64,000 nucleotides of DNA from Lingula anatina (taxonomy: Eukaryota; Animalia; Brachiopoda): NCBI GenBank assembly GCA_051362555.1, contig CM120644.1, positions 690,954 through 754,953 of the forward strand, given 5' to 3'. Shown here one piece after another: positions 40,777-54,500 of the stretch (positions within the stretch are counted from its first letter, which is position 1; each line of letters begins with the position of its first letter). A program made the translations under genes and the position numbers. The notes beneath the pieces were generated by a model, which saw only the letters and a list, made by a program, of their open reading frames with translations, was not told the DNA's origin and made no database searches.

Positions 40777-42364
40777 TTATAATGTCCTATATAAAAGTAG
40801 AAAGTGAAAGCAAAATGGTAGTAACTGATTATTTATTCTGGTGTATCAGATTATTCTATTAATTTCACATACTTTAGGTATTTGTTCTTCAAATTAATGT
40901 TCTTTAAAACAGAAAAAAATTAAAGTACTCTGAGGCAGAAATCTAGAATAGAGAACCGATTAAACTCATCCCTCTCAATTTGGACACTTCTATCATGCTG
41001 ACTTTCATCTAAATCTTCCGAAGTCAAAAGCAATAAAGGTGAACTGGATTTATAGTTCTGCAGGACAACAAATACAAATGTTTTAGTTATAAATACGAAG
41101 TCGAAGCCAACGGCTTTCTACAACTAATGATAAGCGTGTTAGTAATGAACAATTATTAACATGATGCAAAATTTTGTCGCTTCAGAATATCCAATAAAAT
41201 TGGTTGTCTGTAAATCTAACAACAAGAATTTGCGCCTTTGGGGGGTGGGGGGTGGGGGGAACATGAGGATCTAGAAGTTGCCAGACAAACTCTTGCACTT
41301 ATTTACGCAATATTTACAGCAAGTGTCTTTTCAATAAGTTTTCATTACAAAATGCTTTTACTTTGTGAGAGATTATTTCCTATGTTGAGACACTCAGTGT
41401 GTCTGTAAATATTCTGATCACTAGCACTGCATCTGCCCGTGACGTCCAGACGCCGTTCCACACACCTGCTGTTCATCCTACAACTGACAATCCTTATTTT
41501 TGCGTTACTTCATATTTACTGAGTAGATTTGTTTGGCAAAGGCAGATTCCTTTCGAAAATCGACATAATCGGATTATTTTTTTTTTGAAGTAATTTATTT
41601 TTTTGTTTTTTTATTGCAAGCACTGTATTTTGGCGCCATTCGCCCTAAATGTGCTCAACACCTTTTTTATTACACTTTAAATTTGCTAGGTTGGTTTGTA
41701 TAGTAAAACAAGAGGTGAAGATAATTTTTAATTTTTTTTGGTAAATATTTTGGTAATGTTTTTTTTTTGTTAGATGTCTGAACATTTGCCAGCTTTGCTA
41801 TCGAGTTTATGTGACTTTCATGACGAAATATCCCGTTGTCATAGACTTGCAATGTCGTGGATACTTCCGTTCCCAATTGTTTGTTAAAGACTTATGTAAT
41901 GCGCAAGCCCAAAAATTTTGCTTTTTACAGCGTTTTTTTACTTGAAGAGTGCTGGTCCGAAAATAAAAAAAAGCCTCTTGAAATTAGAGTTTCATCCGAA
42001 CACTTCCAAACGGTACACCCACCTATAATGTTGAATGAACTTTAAAATATCTCATTACCAAATGATATACGGTTTAATATAACACCATAAATAATTTGTC
42101 TTGAAATAAGGAAACGGCGACTCCACCTCTTATTGCGTACCAGACATGAAGTTCGTGGTTGGACAAATAAATCGTTTAATTCCTATGTTCGTGTAATATC
42201 TGCTAATAACCTGATCACGTGACATGGCGGCGTGCTATTAAAATTTCAGCAGGTTCCCTCATCAGCAGAGGTGTCCTGGGAACGCCTTGATGAATCAGCA
42301 AAAAGGGAAGTACATGCAATATATTTGTTTCTTAGAACACGACTTCAGAGTCGGTGTAAGGAAA

Positions 42365-42521
42365 CTGGTGTAACAGAAAATCCGCCATCCATATAGTTAT
42401 AAGGTTAGGGTTAGCCTGACCTAGAGGCGGGTCAAAATCTAGCGCTAGCGCTAGCGCTAGGCTACAAATGAGTAGGAAGCGGACTCTCTATCATGGGGAA
42501 CTCTCTGTCACGTTACACTGG
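42365..42521. mobile_element. Short MITE, inverted copy of the 30721-30900 family
   Basis: CTGGTGTAAC...CTCTCTGTCACGTTACACTGG; ~45 bp matches the reverse complement of 30721-30766. Confidence 0.65.
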
Positions 42522-42539
42522 CATGTCTTCAATATTCTT

Positions 42540-42585
<46 letters not shown>

Positions 42586-43101
42586 CTTCGCCACTGGCAC
42601 AATAACTGGACCTTCAATCCACAGGCATGTAGTCAGCAATTTCAAAAAGAGGGCTCTTTCTCTGTAAAAAGTGATGCGATTCACCCCCTCAGTCAACTCT
42701 AACTGAGAAAGGGCATAGAAACTAGATTAAATTTTGAGTCAGTGAGGACTTTTCCGGCCAAAATGGAGGTTCATTTGACCACCCTGGCCTCCAGTTTGGC
42801 CGGAAAAGAACGTGCTGCCACCATGCAAACGCCGTGATCGGGTAAACTGAACAATCAATACCCGAAAACAAACAGTGCAATGGCTGTGTTCTGAAGCACT
42901 GATGGTGTAATTTACATCTGTATCTTCATACATATATAAACAATTGTACGCGTAACTTACACGAAACACTGTGATCAGTAGAGTTCAGTGCTGAATATCG
43001 CTCTAGTTGTCTCCAGTTATCAGTTGCTGGACCAACTCGTTTACTGATTTTAATCACTGATATTACCAACGTCAAGGTCTGGTGGCCGTAGTTTAGAAAC
43101 A

Positions 43102-43641
43102 ATGCGGTATTTCCTGGTCACTCTGTGTGTTACTCTGGTGTTACTGCGTGACGCGTTCTCTCAGACTACTTCCCGTACAACCTCTGGCACCGCAGGGAAC
43201 ACCACAAGGGGCACCACTTCTGGCACCACTGCTGGTGCTACTGGGGGAACCACTCCCTCCGCTACCACAGACGCTGCTGGTACAGGGGGCACCACGCCTG
43301 GCTACACCGGTGGCACCACGCCTGCGCCAAGCGAAAACACCACTGCGGCACCCGCCCCTACCACCACCCAACAGTCAGATGAGGCCGCTATGAGGGACGT
43401 CCAGCGTAAGATAGCCTACACACAGTTCATGATCGGCAAGATGGACGAACTCATGCTAAAGTATTGCCCTTCGTATCCCCCGACCTACGTCCCCGAAGCC
43501 ACGTACAATATAACCAGACGCCGGCGCCAAGAAGAAGCAGACGACAGACAGATTGAAAAACTGAAGTTGATGCAGTATCTTTTTAAGTGTTTGTTGGATG
43601 ACCTGATAGACAAGTACTTGGATTGCAAACTTTCGCCGTAA
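43102..43641 (+). CDS. Secreted Thr/Gly-rich precursor with RRRR cleavage site and two helical Cys-containing modules
   Basis: Intact 179-aa single-exon ORF; signal peptide MRYFLVTLCVTLVLLRDAFS; TATATAAA at ~42933; GC-rich codons against AT-rich flanks. Confidence 0.82.
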   Translation: MRYFLVTLCVTLVLLRDAFSQTTSRTTSGTAGNTTRGTTSGTTAGATGGTTPSATTDAAGTGGTTPGYTGGTTPAPSENTTAAPAPTTTQQSDEAAMRDVQRKIAYTQFMIGKMDELMLKYCPSYPPTYVPEATYNITRRRRQEEADDRQIEKLKLMQYLFKCLLDDLIDKYLDCKLSP

Positions 43642-46339
43642 GTACTGTAGTAAATTCTGTGTTCCTGTTTACACGGAGCGTTCTACTTTAATCTTTAGTC
43701 TGTACCAGTATACTTTGTCAGGTCCTAACATTTAACACGTCCTAAAATTTTATTACACTAAAGGGGCTTTGCTCCCCCTCACAGTTTTGGATAATTTCTG
43801 CCGTCTGGGCTTAAGTTTATTTTATATACAACATTGGTCAAAAAGGTTGTCCCACCCCCATTTCCATGTACTTTTATTTACAAACGATCACCTCACAACT
43901 GTGAACTGTTACAAATAGTGCTTTTTATTACGGATACCGTGTCTAACATGATTAATGGTTTAAAAAATACAAAATAGTGGTGAAAATATACACATTTTAT
44001 ACCATTTAGTAAAATTTTATAAGAGGTACCCCCTCAAATCGACTGTTTCACTGTGACTTCTACAGATGTAAAGAAATGTCTATAAAATTGAAAAGACGCC
44101 ATCAAATGTCACCAAATTCACACACAATGAGCATTAGGGTGTGCTCGTTGAAGATCACGTGCCTAACAGCGTGTGCGTCTACCGCATACTGCAATTATCT
44201 CCTGTAGACGGCGCGACAAGCATAGACATTTCTTTTTTCAAAGCAAAGAGTGGTTATGTTCTATGTGAATGTATAGTAACTTACTGCATCTTAATCGCAA
44301 GAATTTAATGAGGTGTTTATGTACTATCAATGATGGGGGATATTTGTATGAATGATCGCACACAAATATCCTTCATCTCGATACCCTACTCTTATATTCT
44401 ACCTTTAAAGTGGGGCGGAGTGAATGCTGACTCCTCCACTGTACGTGTCTATAGTTCAGACACACATATCCCAGTGTTTTTGTAATGCTTTTGAAAAAAT
44501 ATATACATCTTAACATTTATCACAAATCGTCAGATTTTCAAAGCAAACTCCCCAAACGTTAACATTTCTAGAATTGAGTCACAAATCAATGCTTACATAT
44601 GTGACGTATAAATTATTCATTCTGGACCTCGGCATCGGTGAATCTTTCCACTGTATGTCTTCAGTGAGGGTGTTTCTCGTCCACAGGCCTGGCTACGTCA
44701 TCGTATACTCCGCCCCCGACTGCCTGCTGCCCGGTGAATTCACGACCACGCCTGCTGGTCAAGGGGGTGTGGAGCGTGCACGCTTAACTCACGTTCTCTG
44801 CCTCGCCTCCATCTTGGCATGTCTGCTGGTATCGTGACTAGAATTTTAAAAGAGATCTTAACACCGTTTGCACCAAGTGACCCTCAGAGAATATTCCAGG
44901 ATTCGGCACACGCCCAAAGACAGTTAAAACCTCCACAATACTACATGTATAATTGTCGACAAACACGGTCAAATGGATGCTATGCTTCTTACATCTTTCA
45001 CTCCACAAGGGTTTGAACAGACGCTTCATTGTAAACTGACATTTTCGTTCTCTTTCAGGCCTGCAGCGGTCCCTCAAAAGTAACAGATGACGTCATCACG
45101 CCGCAGCACCACACGGATGCCTTCTGTACATGGATATTTTAATGACTCTTCAGTTAGCTGCGGTGTTGAATATAAACAAGTATTTAAATTAGCGACTTTT
45201 GCTTCCATTCAGAAAAATACAGACTGGTGAAAACTATCGCTTATTTTAGCTGGAAAATGGTCTGGTGGGCAAAACGCCTCATCCGATATTCTGTATTTGG
45301 ATAAAAACTGTGCCTTCTATGCTGGTCGTCTTATTATTTGTTTTAAAGCTTCAAGATATATATGTTTGCTTTATCTTTGCGCCCTTGGATCATAGGGGTA
45401 TTACTCAATAACAGTTGACAAAATCAGAAACACGGACAAAGCTGGTGGTCCAGTATCTCTCAAAAGAAAGGATGAATTCAGTGAAAATACGTAAAAACGC
45501 GCCCCGTCTCATGCTATACAGTTCCACCCTGGTCGGCTTAATCTTGGTTACTTTCGACACCCTTTTTCTTTTATTTCAACCACTGAATTCTTAAATACAG
45601 GAAGCTGGACGCTAAGGAGAATTTCCTATCCCCGTCGCAAAATTTTCTGAATGATTAGAATAAAGGCATTCCTAATATAACAATAAATATATAAAACAAA
45701 TACACACTTTGAATTACTAAAGCTGGATTCAACAATTTTACTTGTAGTCAAATTAAAAGTTTGACTGTATAGCGTACCCGGTATGGAAGCACTTCATACT
45801 GCCTTTTACTGCATTCAACAGGTAGGGATTCTTAAGCAGGTTTTCTCCTTTTTTTAAGAAATCGTGTCAGTACTTTTGTTTAAAAAGAAAAATATTCACC
45901 CTTTGTTTATTTACACTTTTTTACGACTACAACCCCCACTCCCCCCCCCCCCAACCACCCACCCCTCCCACCCCGGTATTCTTGGATATCCACTTCCAGG
46001 GCCACAGATTGAATTTCCACTACATATTCACAGATATGCCTGTGGCCAATAATGTGCACATTTTGTGCCCTCATAATTGTGGTATAAAAGGCCGCAGACA
46101 TGTATGTGAATATTTAGTCAAAAATCCATCTGCGGCACTAGTGTAGGGTACCCTGCTCGGGGCTCTGCTAGGATAGTTCACATAAGATCATATAATTCAG
46201 TTGTCAGTTGCGAACTACTTCCTGGTTTTCACAAGGTCCTTCACTTCCTGCAAAAGCCTCTCTCCTCCGGTACCCTCTATTACAAGGTCTAAAATCTCTT
46301 CCTCCTTCTATCACAGCTATCGCATTGGAGTAAGTATTA

Positions 46340-46720
46340 CCAAAGACGATTTCATCAGGGCGCGGTTGCACCACAGGGCCATAAATTTGTACCGCCACAA
46401 CTGTCGTAAACGGCAACGCCTGGCATCCGTGCGCCAGTTACTCAAGATCGTCTGGAAAGGCAGAATTTCTAATGGCCTATAATGAGGAAGTAATAAAACA
46501 CGCTAACATAAGGAAACGCGCTAACATACCAAGCGTTGACGCTTTGCGGACCTTCACTGGACAGGTCAAGTTATTGGTCAGGAAACATACATTGGATTTT
46601 ATACCAACATCCTGGGCAGTGTCGCCTACATTTCAATTGGTGCTGAAACCCGGTTTCTTTTCTGTCCAACACATATTAAAACAGGACGAAAAACGGAGAC
46701 TTAACTTAGAAAATGTTTAT
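46340..46720 (+). mobile_element. RTE-clade LINE ORF2 fragment
   Basis: LYRHNCRKRQRLASVRQLLKIVWKGRISN / EEVIKHANI...IPSVDAL resembles the RTE C-terminal motif (LR.IL.I.W.D.I.N.EVL.RA...S+..L); frameshifted. Confidence 0.55.
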
Positions 46721-46961
46721 TCCTTCAACAATCCAAAAATGACTGAATCATATGCTCATAAGTTAATAATTTATAAAACGCAGCATCATTCAGCTAAATG
46801 TTGAACCAGTTAGTGAAAAATTTATGAGAATTAACAACCATTAAATATATGTAATAATGGATTAGTCAGTTCTGAGAGCCTGTCAACATGAAGATATTTC
46901 AAACTGAATAAATTATAATAATTTATAAGAAATAGTGATACAGATATTCACCTTTTATAAA

Positions 46962-47449
46962 AAACAAGGCAGCAAAGCTGTCAAATGTACAGACAAAAAC
47001 CAGAAAATAAAAACGCAGGAAATAGGATACTGTCAATTCTGATGAACTAATGTATTATGCTTACTGTAACTGCATAGCCAACATCAAATTCTTATTCTGC
47101 ATAACATTGGATTAGGATGAAAGTAAAATGTGTATCAAGCATTAGACTAAGTTCCCATACCTAGATCAATCTAACAGGATCAATCCAACTCCAAGGGGTT
47201 TCTCACTAAATTGCTTTCAGTCTGAGAGTCTTAGGATTCTGGCATGCCAGTTTCAGTAGGCGTGACAGACAACTAAGCCACTTACATTGATTGCAATTTA
47301 GCGAGAATTCTGGATAGATCGATCCACAGTTAGCGTGATAGGGTCTGGAAATAGTCCCTAAGGTGTCAGGCTGATAAGAGTTAAACTTTGGAAATGCCAG
47401 AATGAGGTACAGTGAAAATTACACACACAAAAAAAAATTGCTTAAACTC

Positions 47450-47516
<67 letters not shown>

Positions 47517-50500
47517 ATTATTATTATTATTAATTTTTTTTTTTTTTTTTTTTTGGCTGTATGTCAATCCTAAGAATCATTCTTGTAACTTAACAAAATA
47601 CAGAAAATGTTACAAAGTAAGAGTACAGGGCTCCTGGCAGATGGAGTGATAAGTCACAACTTGAAAATGCCAGTATAGCACACTGTAAACCTGCATTGCC
47701 TCCAAAACAGAAAACAATCACACTGGTTTTCAAACACAAGCTGCGCACTTCTGTCTTATGAAACTTTTCACTAAGTTTCAGTATCGTAAGTAACATGGTT
47801 TTCCCTTAATAGCTATCCTGGCAGCAGTGTCCAAAATAGGGTTTTCTTCAACTTTCATGCAATAAAACATAATACTTAACAGCATAATGACCATCAAATT
47901 TTTTATAAAAAAATAAAAGTATCATGAATATTCAGAAAATGTGATTTGGGAAGGTCTTCAAGGCCATGGAAGTTCAGAGTCACACTTTCAAAATGCCAAA
48001 ATGTAAACAAGAGATAACTGTACTGAAATGATTTTCTTTCCATTTTCAACACCTTTTTTAAAACAAAATGATCAATAAACTGTCATTTGTAAATGTTCAA
48101 CTAGGAAAATTGTTGACATAGGAAAAATATCAATAGAACAATTTTCAATGTCCAATTTGCTCCATTTGCAGATGCTGAACATAGTGAATGATTAAATCTG
48201 ACAAACTGCAATGATGAGTTCCTTTCCATTTATGATACTTTATTACACAATGCACAATATTATAACAGGTTTACCGTCATTTTTATATAATCAACAAACA
48301 ATATTGTTAAGAAGCAGAAAATGTCAAAACAACACTTTTACATATCTTATTAGTTCCATAATGAGACTGTTAACATGCCTAAGAATTAAATCTGAAGAAA
48401 TAACAATTATATACAAAAATACAGAAAATGCACAGCACTTCTGGTGGATGGGAGTATAAAATCACATCTTGAAAATGCTAGTGTTTGAAAAATAATTTTA
48501 AAAAAATTTTAAATAAAACGTAAAAAATTCCAATAAAGCTGCTATTCAAACTTTTAATCTAGCTGTATTAACTTGATATTAATAACCCCACCAAGTTTGA
48601 GAAAAATAAAGCACTGTTATGCATCTATAGCATGTTGGCATAACACATTCTTTTTGTTGTAAATTATTTGCAATGTTAAACACCATTTATCTGCACAATT
48701 ATCACCAAATCCTAATTTTGTGACACAGTTAAGAGAGCTAAACCTATGGGACTTTACAGGGAAATCTCAAGGAGTGTTTTATGTAATCTCATTTAATGGC
48801 CAATTGAAAATTAATGAGTAGGCAAGTGACTTTATAGACCTTAATTTAATTAGTGATCACCCAAGGGACAATTTTAAAGACTGCTATCCATACAGTACCG
48901 TCATATAGCACAAAGGTGTTGCATACATGCTGAAAAAAGTGAAAAAACAGCATTACTTCCCTAAAAATGACCCGATCATGCTGATTTTCAAACTTGACCT
49001 GCGTATTATGAATATTCATTAGTTCTGCAAGTTTCAAACCAAAAGGTTAAATGGTTTTCCACTTATCATGTTATCAGTGTTGCATATATGCTGAAAAAAG
49101 TGAAAAACAGCATAACTTCCCTAAAAATGACCCAATCATACTGATTTTCAAACTTGACCTGCATATTATGAATATTCATCAGTTCTGTAAGTTTGAAACC
49201 AAAAGGTAAAATGGATTTCCACTTATTGTGTTATCGGTGCTGCATATATGCTGAAAAAAGTGAAAAAACAGCATAACTACCCTAAAAATGACCCGATCAT
49301 GCTCATTTTCGAACTTGACCTGCGTAATATGAATATTCATTAGTTCTGCAAGTTTCAAGCCAAAAGGTAAATGATTTTTCACTTATCATGTTATCAGTGT
49401 TGCATTTATGGTGAAAAAAGTGAAAAACAGCATAACTTACCTAAAAATGACCCGATCATGCTGATTTTCGAACTTGACCTGCGTATTATGAATATTCATC
49501 AGTTTTGTAAGTTTCAAGGGAAAAGGTAAAATGGTTTTCCACTTATCGTGTTATCGGTGCTGCATATATGCTGAAACAAGACAGCACTGTTCTGCAATGG
49601 GTTTACTTCCATTTTTAAAACACTTTTTTAACATTAAACAAAATAAACAGTTTTCTACCATTTGTATATGATCAACTAAGAAAATTGATGAGATGGGAAA
49701 AATATCAATAGAACAGTGTTAAATGTCCAATTTCCTCCATTCTGAGATAATGAATATAGTAGATGATTGAATCTGACAAACTGCAATGATATTTGTTTAT
49801 TTCCATTTTTGACACTTTATAACATAATACACAATAACAAGTTTACCATCATTTTTACATAATCAACTAACAATGTTATTAAGATGCAGGAAATGTCAAA
49901 CAAACACTTTTACGTATCTTATTAGTTCAATAATGAGACTGTTAACATGCCTAACAATTGAATCTGAGGAAATAAGAAAAAACAGCATAACTTCTAAAAG
50001 AATGGCCCGATTATGCTAATTTTGGAACTCAACCTGCGTTTTAGTTAGTTTGACTACTCCTGTGAGTATAATGACAATTGGCCTATCTGTTTTTCTTATA
50101 TTGTGTTATTAGCGTTGCATATATGTTGAAAGAAGTGAAAAAACAGCATAACTTCCCTAAAAATGGCCCGATCATGCTGATTTTCGAACTTTACTTGCGT
50201 ATTATGAATATTCATCAGTTCTGTAAGTTTCAAGCCAAAAGGTAAAATGGTTTTCCATTTATGGTGTTATCGGTGCTGCATATATGCTGAAAAAAGAGAA
50301 AAAATAGCTTAAATTCACTAAAAATGACCCAATCACGCTGATTTTCGAACTTGACCTGCGTATTATAAATATTCATCAGTTCTGTAAGTTTCAAGTCAAA
50401 AGGTAAAATGGTTTTCCACTTATCGTGTTATCGGTGCTGCATATATGCTGAAAAAAGTGAAAAAACGGCATAAATTCCCTAAAAGTGACCCGATCATGCT

Positions 50501-50840
50501 GATTTTCGAACTTGACCTGCGTATTATGAATATTCATCAGTTCTGTAAGTTACAAGTCAAAAGGTAAAATGGTTTTCCACTTATCGTGTTATTGGTGCTG
50601 CATATATGCTGAAAAAAGTGAAAAAACAGCATAAATTCCCTAAAAGTGACCCGATCATGCTGATTTTCGAACTTGACCTGCGTATTATGAATATTCATCA
50701 GTTCTGCAAGTTTCAAGTCAAAAGGTAAAATGGTTTTCCACTTATCGTGTTATCGGTAAAAGTGCACGACGGCGACGACGGCGACGACAGACGCAGATGA
50801 TGGCTATATGTACAGACACATCTGTGTCTGTACATAAAAA
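46962..50840 (-). mobile_element. ~3.9 kb Helentron/HINE carrying internal ~160 bp satellite arrays
   Basis: One end has palindrome TATGTACAGACACA-TC-TGTGTCTGTACATA (50807-50836) plus (GAC/GGC)n microsatellite; the other end has subTIR ATGTACAGAC (46985-46994), hairpin GGCAGC-AAA-GCTGTC and AACAAG; ~160 bp repeats at 48915-49575 and 49980-50757. Confidence 0.8.
47452..47554. repeat. Compound microsatellite (AT)n-(ATT)n-poly(T)
   Basis: Seen directly. Confidence 0.95.
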
Positions 50841-51561
50841 ACACTGTGAAACTTTCAATTTAGCTTCAAACACAGTATTCAAGCAATAGCGTTTTTACAG
50901 TTATTTTAAATGTCCACCATAGAGCTATGTAGGTGCAAACAGCGACAGATTTTTTTTGCCAAAGAAGATATGTTTTGGCCACAGGTGTTGACAATGTGCT
51001 ATCACATAAAAAATGTTGTTTTAAAATAAATAACGTGAAATGTGGTGTCTTTGTTTCATCAGTCAAATCATGACACATCTATCCAAAGAGTATTTACAAA
51101 AACAAATTCCTTCTGAATTCAGAGCAGATATTTCCAAAAAATATTCTCTTGAAAACTCTGCGGACTTTAGCAAAACAGAAGAAGCAAAATTTAAAACAAT
51201 ACATCACATAATTCACTGTATCCTTCAGCAGTCAAATAACTTTAGTAAATGTTTTTAAAATATTCTCCCCAATTTTTCTTTCCAATATTTGAACTGTCAA
51301 ATAAATGTAATATTCTGCTAGGTCTCACAGAGGCCAAACTTTCAGAGGTCACATCAAGGTCACACTCTCTGATGGGTCAGGTCAAGGACAAATTAAGGTC
51401 ACATTAAGGTCACAGTCTCAGATGGGTCAGGTCAAGGTCAAGTTATAAAGCCACTTTCCCAACCTCACTGGGTTATTTGACCTACTGCTGAACTTTAAAA
51501 ACAGTGCACTGATGAGGGGTGTAATGATCCTGGGCAATTTAACAAAGGTTTTGTCAATGTT

Positions 51562-54500
51562 TTAGAGCCTGTCTTGATGAAAGATCCATCTTTTGCAGGT
51601 GTGGTCAAAACTGTGTGTGATCCACTGTTGTTCCAGTATCCTGTACCTCTCATGACTCAGATACAGGGGTTTGCCTCGCCTAAAAATTGAAAATAAAAGA
51701 AGTCAAAGAGTTGGGACCATTAATATGGATCTGATTTTACAATTGCTTATTAATACACAATTATAGTTTTATGCAGTAATGATTTCCAAAACAATTGTTT
51801 CTTCTACAACAGAATGAAATTTCTCAGCTCTTTGGAAGAAACTAAACATTCTAGTTACAAACAAAGTGCTACAATGAAATTTCTCAGCTTTTTGGAAGTA
51901 AATGAATATTCTGGTCACAAACAAAAAGTTTAAATGGAATTTCTCAGCCCATTGGAAGTAAATGAGTATTCTGGTTATGATCAAAGTTCTATAATGATGG
52001 CAGCCATACTTGAGTTCTCTGTCCTCCTCCCCATACTCGTCCAGGTAGACTGACCCCCAGAGGGTGGCGCGGGGACCTCGTACCACCACTATTACTGAGG
52101 AATTCACAGATAGGAACAGCCCCGTACCAGCACCACAGTGGATAGAATGCTGAAAATAAATAAATAAATATATAAGTCCAGGGGGCTGCCTAGGCCAATG
52201 ATATCTCTGGCTCCTAAAAAGTCAGAAATCCATGAGTAATGGGGAAATTCTCATAACGGAAAATTACATTTATGCATCTGATTTTGCCTACAACAGTTTT
52301 TCCAACAGAAAACAAACATGTTGCTCTTTTCATCAGTTAATTCTGTTTTGCCTTATTATTGAAATACCATGCATCTGTAAATGGTTGAAAAATAATTGCC
52401 AATTACATATCTTGAATTTAGCTCTCGAATATTACAGCAGTTGAAAAACAAATTGAACAAGCCCGATATGTTAAGACCGAGTATTTCCATAAACAAATAA
52501 AATTATTAATCATCACAGTATCCAGCAACCACCTCAGTGCAGGGGAGGATCCAAAGATATTTTCAGACAGTCTTCCAAATCATCTTTGTTCATCCATCCT
52601 CCATATTTGACTGTCTTCCGACAGAGAAAATAGATACCCATCAATATAAACTTGAAAAATCTGACTGTCTTCCGGACAACCCAGAAGATGTCCTCAATCT
52701 GCCCCTGCAGTGCCCCTTACCTGAACACACTCATGGATCTGATCCTGTCTACAGCAGCTCTCCTTGAAACATAAAAACTGGCCACAGATAAGACAGACGG
52801 CTGGTTCTTTGGGGACCCTGGTACAGGTGTGGCACGGCTTCTTCCTGTAGTACTGGAAGATCTTGTCGTACTCCCTGGGGAGGGACAGCAGGCGGGAGGA
52901 GAACCAGGTGGGGTTCACCAGAAGAAAGTACTGCAGGGGAAAGAGAAATTACTGAAATTATGTTGTCAACGTGACTTATGAACTATTAAATAAGTAAAGA
53001 AAATGTATGAACAAAAGCTTCTAAAGTAACTTCTATTAAACAAACACATACACATCCATTCCATGGCATAAAACCTGATGTTAGTCAGTCACTGAAGTTC
53101 TAACCCCTCTTTTTAGTTGCCTGTGACATTTTACACATCACTGTTCACAACCACCACTTACCCTCCCTACACAGGGCTCAGTGTTCACAACCATCACTTA
53201 CCCTCCCTACACAGGGCTCAGTGTTCACAACCATCACTTACCCTCCCTACACAGGACTCAGTGTTCACAACCATCACTTACCCTCCCTACACAGGGCTCA
53301 GTGATCACAACCATCACTTACCCTCCCTACACAGGACTCAGTGTTCACAACCATCACTTACCCTCCCTACACAGGGCTCAGTGTTCACAACCATCACTTA
53401 CCCTCCCTACACAGGGCTCAGTGTTCACAACCATCACTTACCCTCCCTACACAGGGCTCAGTGTTCGCAACCATCACTTACCCTCCCTACACAGGGCTCA
53501 GTGTTCGCAAACATCACTTACCCTCCCTACACTGGGCTCAGTGTTCACAACCATCACTTACCCTCCCTACACAGGGCTCAGTGTTCACAACCATCACTTA
53601 CCCTCCCTACACAGGTTTCAGGGCTCACAACCATCACTTACCCTCCCTACACAGGGCTTAGTGTTCACAACCATCACTTACCCTCCCTACACAGGGCTCA
53701 GTGTTCACAACCATCACCTACCCTCCCTACACAGGGCTCAGTGTTCACAACCATCACCTACCCTCCCTACACAGGGCTCAGTGTTCACAACCATCACCTA
53801 CCCTCCCTACACAGGGCTCAGTGCTCACAACCATCACTTACCCTCCCTACACAGGGCTCAGTGTTCACAACCATCACTTACCCTCCCTACACAGGGCTCA
53901 GTGCTCACAATTTTAACTTACCCTCCCTACACAGGGTTCAGTGTTCACAACCATCACTTACCCTCCCTACACAGGGCTCAGTGCTCACAACCATCACTTA
54001 CCCTCCCTACACAGGGCTCAGTGCTCACAACCATCACTTACCCTCCCTACACAGGGCTCAGTGCTCACAATTTTAACTTACCCTCCCTACACAGGGCTCA
54101 GTGCTCACAAAGTCATTGAAGGCTCGGCACCAGCCTCTGAGCAGGCTGCGAGGGTTCTCACAATACCACTTCAGGGCTGACGTAGTCACAAAACGGCTGC
54201 CACAAGATGGCGTGCGTGGAGTTTCTCCGTGGACAAGACCAAGGAACTGGCAGAGTGCTTGGTACTCATTGTCAGAGTCCTGGAGATGGATTGAAAATTT
54301 TTACATCCTGTATCTTTTGATAAAGTTATTTATCAATATTTTGAAATTGCTTTCTGAATCTACTCAGCTGAAGGTAATTATATAATTTTTTTTTATTCAG
54401 CCTGGGTCTCTATTTCACAGAAGCCAACCTCAAAATGTCTTTGAGGCACTTTTTAACTAAAATAAAACTTTGTAAACTTACAATTCTGTGAGGAAGCTTG

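Noticed and set aside
39344-40807. Overlapping 487-aa (+) and 406-aa (-) ORFs
   Set aside because: Shadow frames of the 42-bp coding repeat; only the 39361 frame has a Kozak ATG and signal peptide
51790-51990. 62-bp repeat as another splice-junction array
   Set aside because: It lies near the donor at 52009, but the unit contains no exon sequence or donor GT
53117-54180. Long + strand ORFs, or a CRISPR-like array
   Set aside because: Pure 40-bp tandem repeat with no unique spacers, in a eukaryotic intron; the ORFs are repeat artefacts
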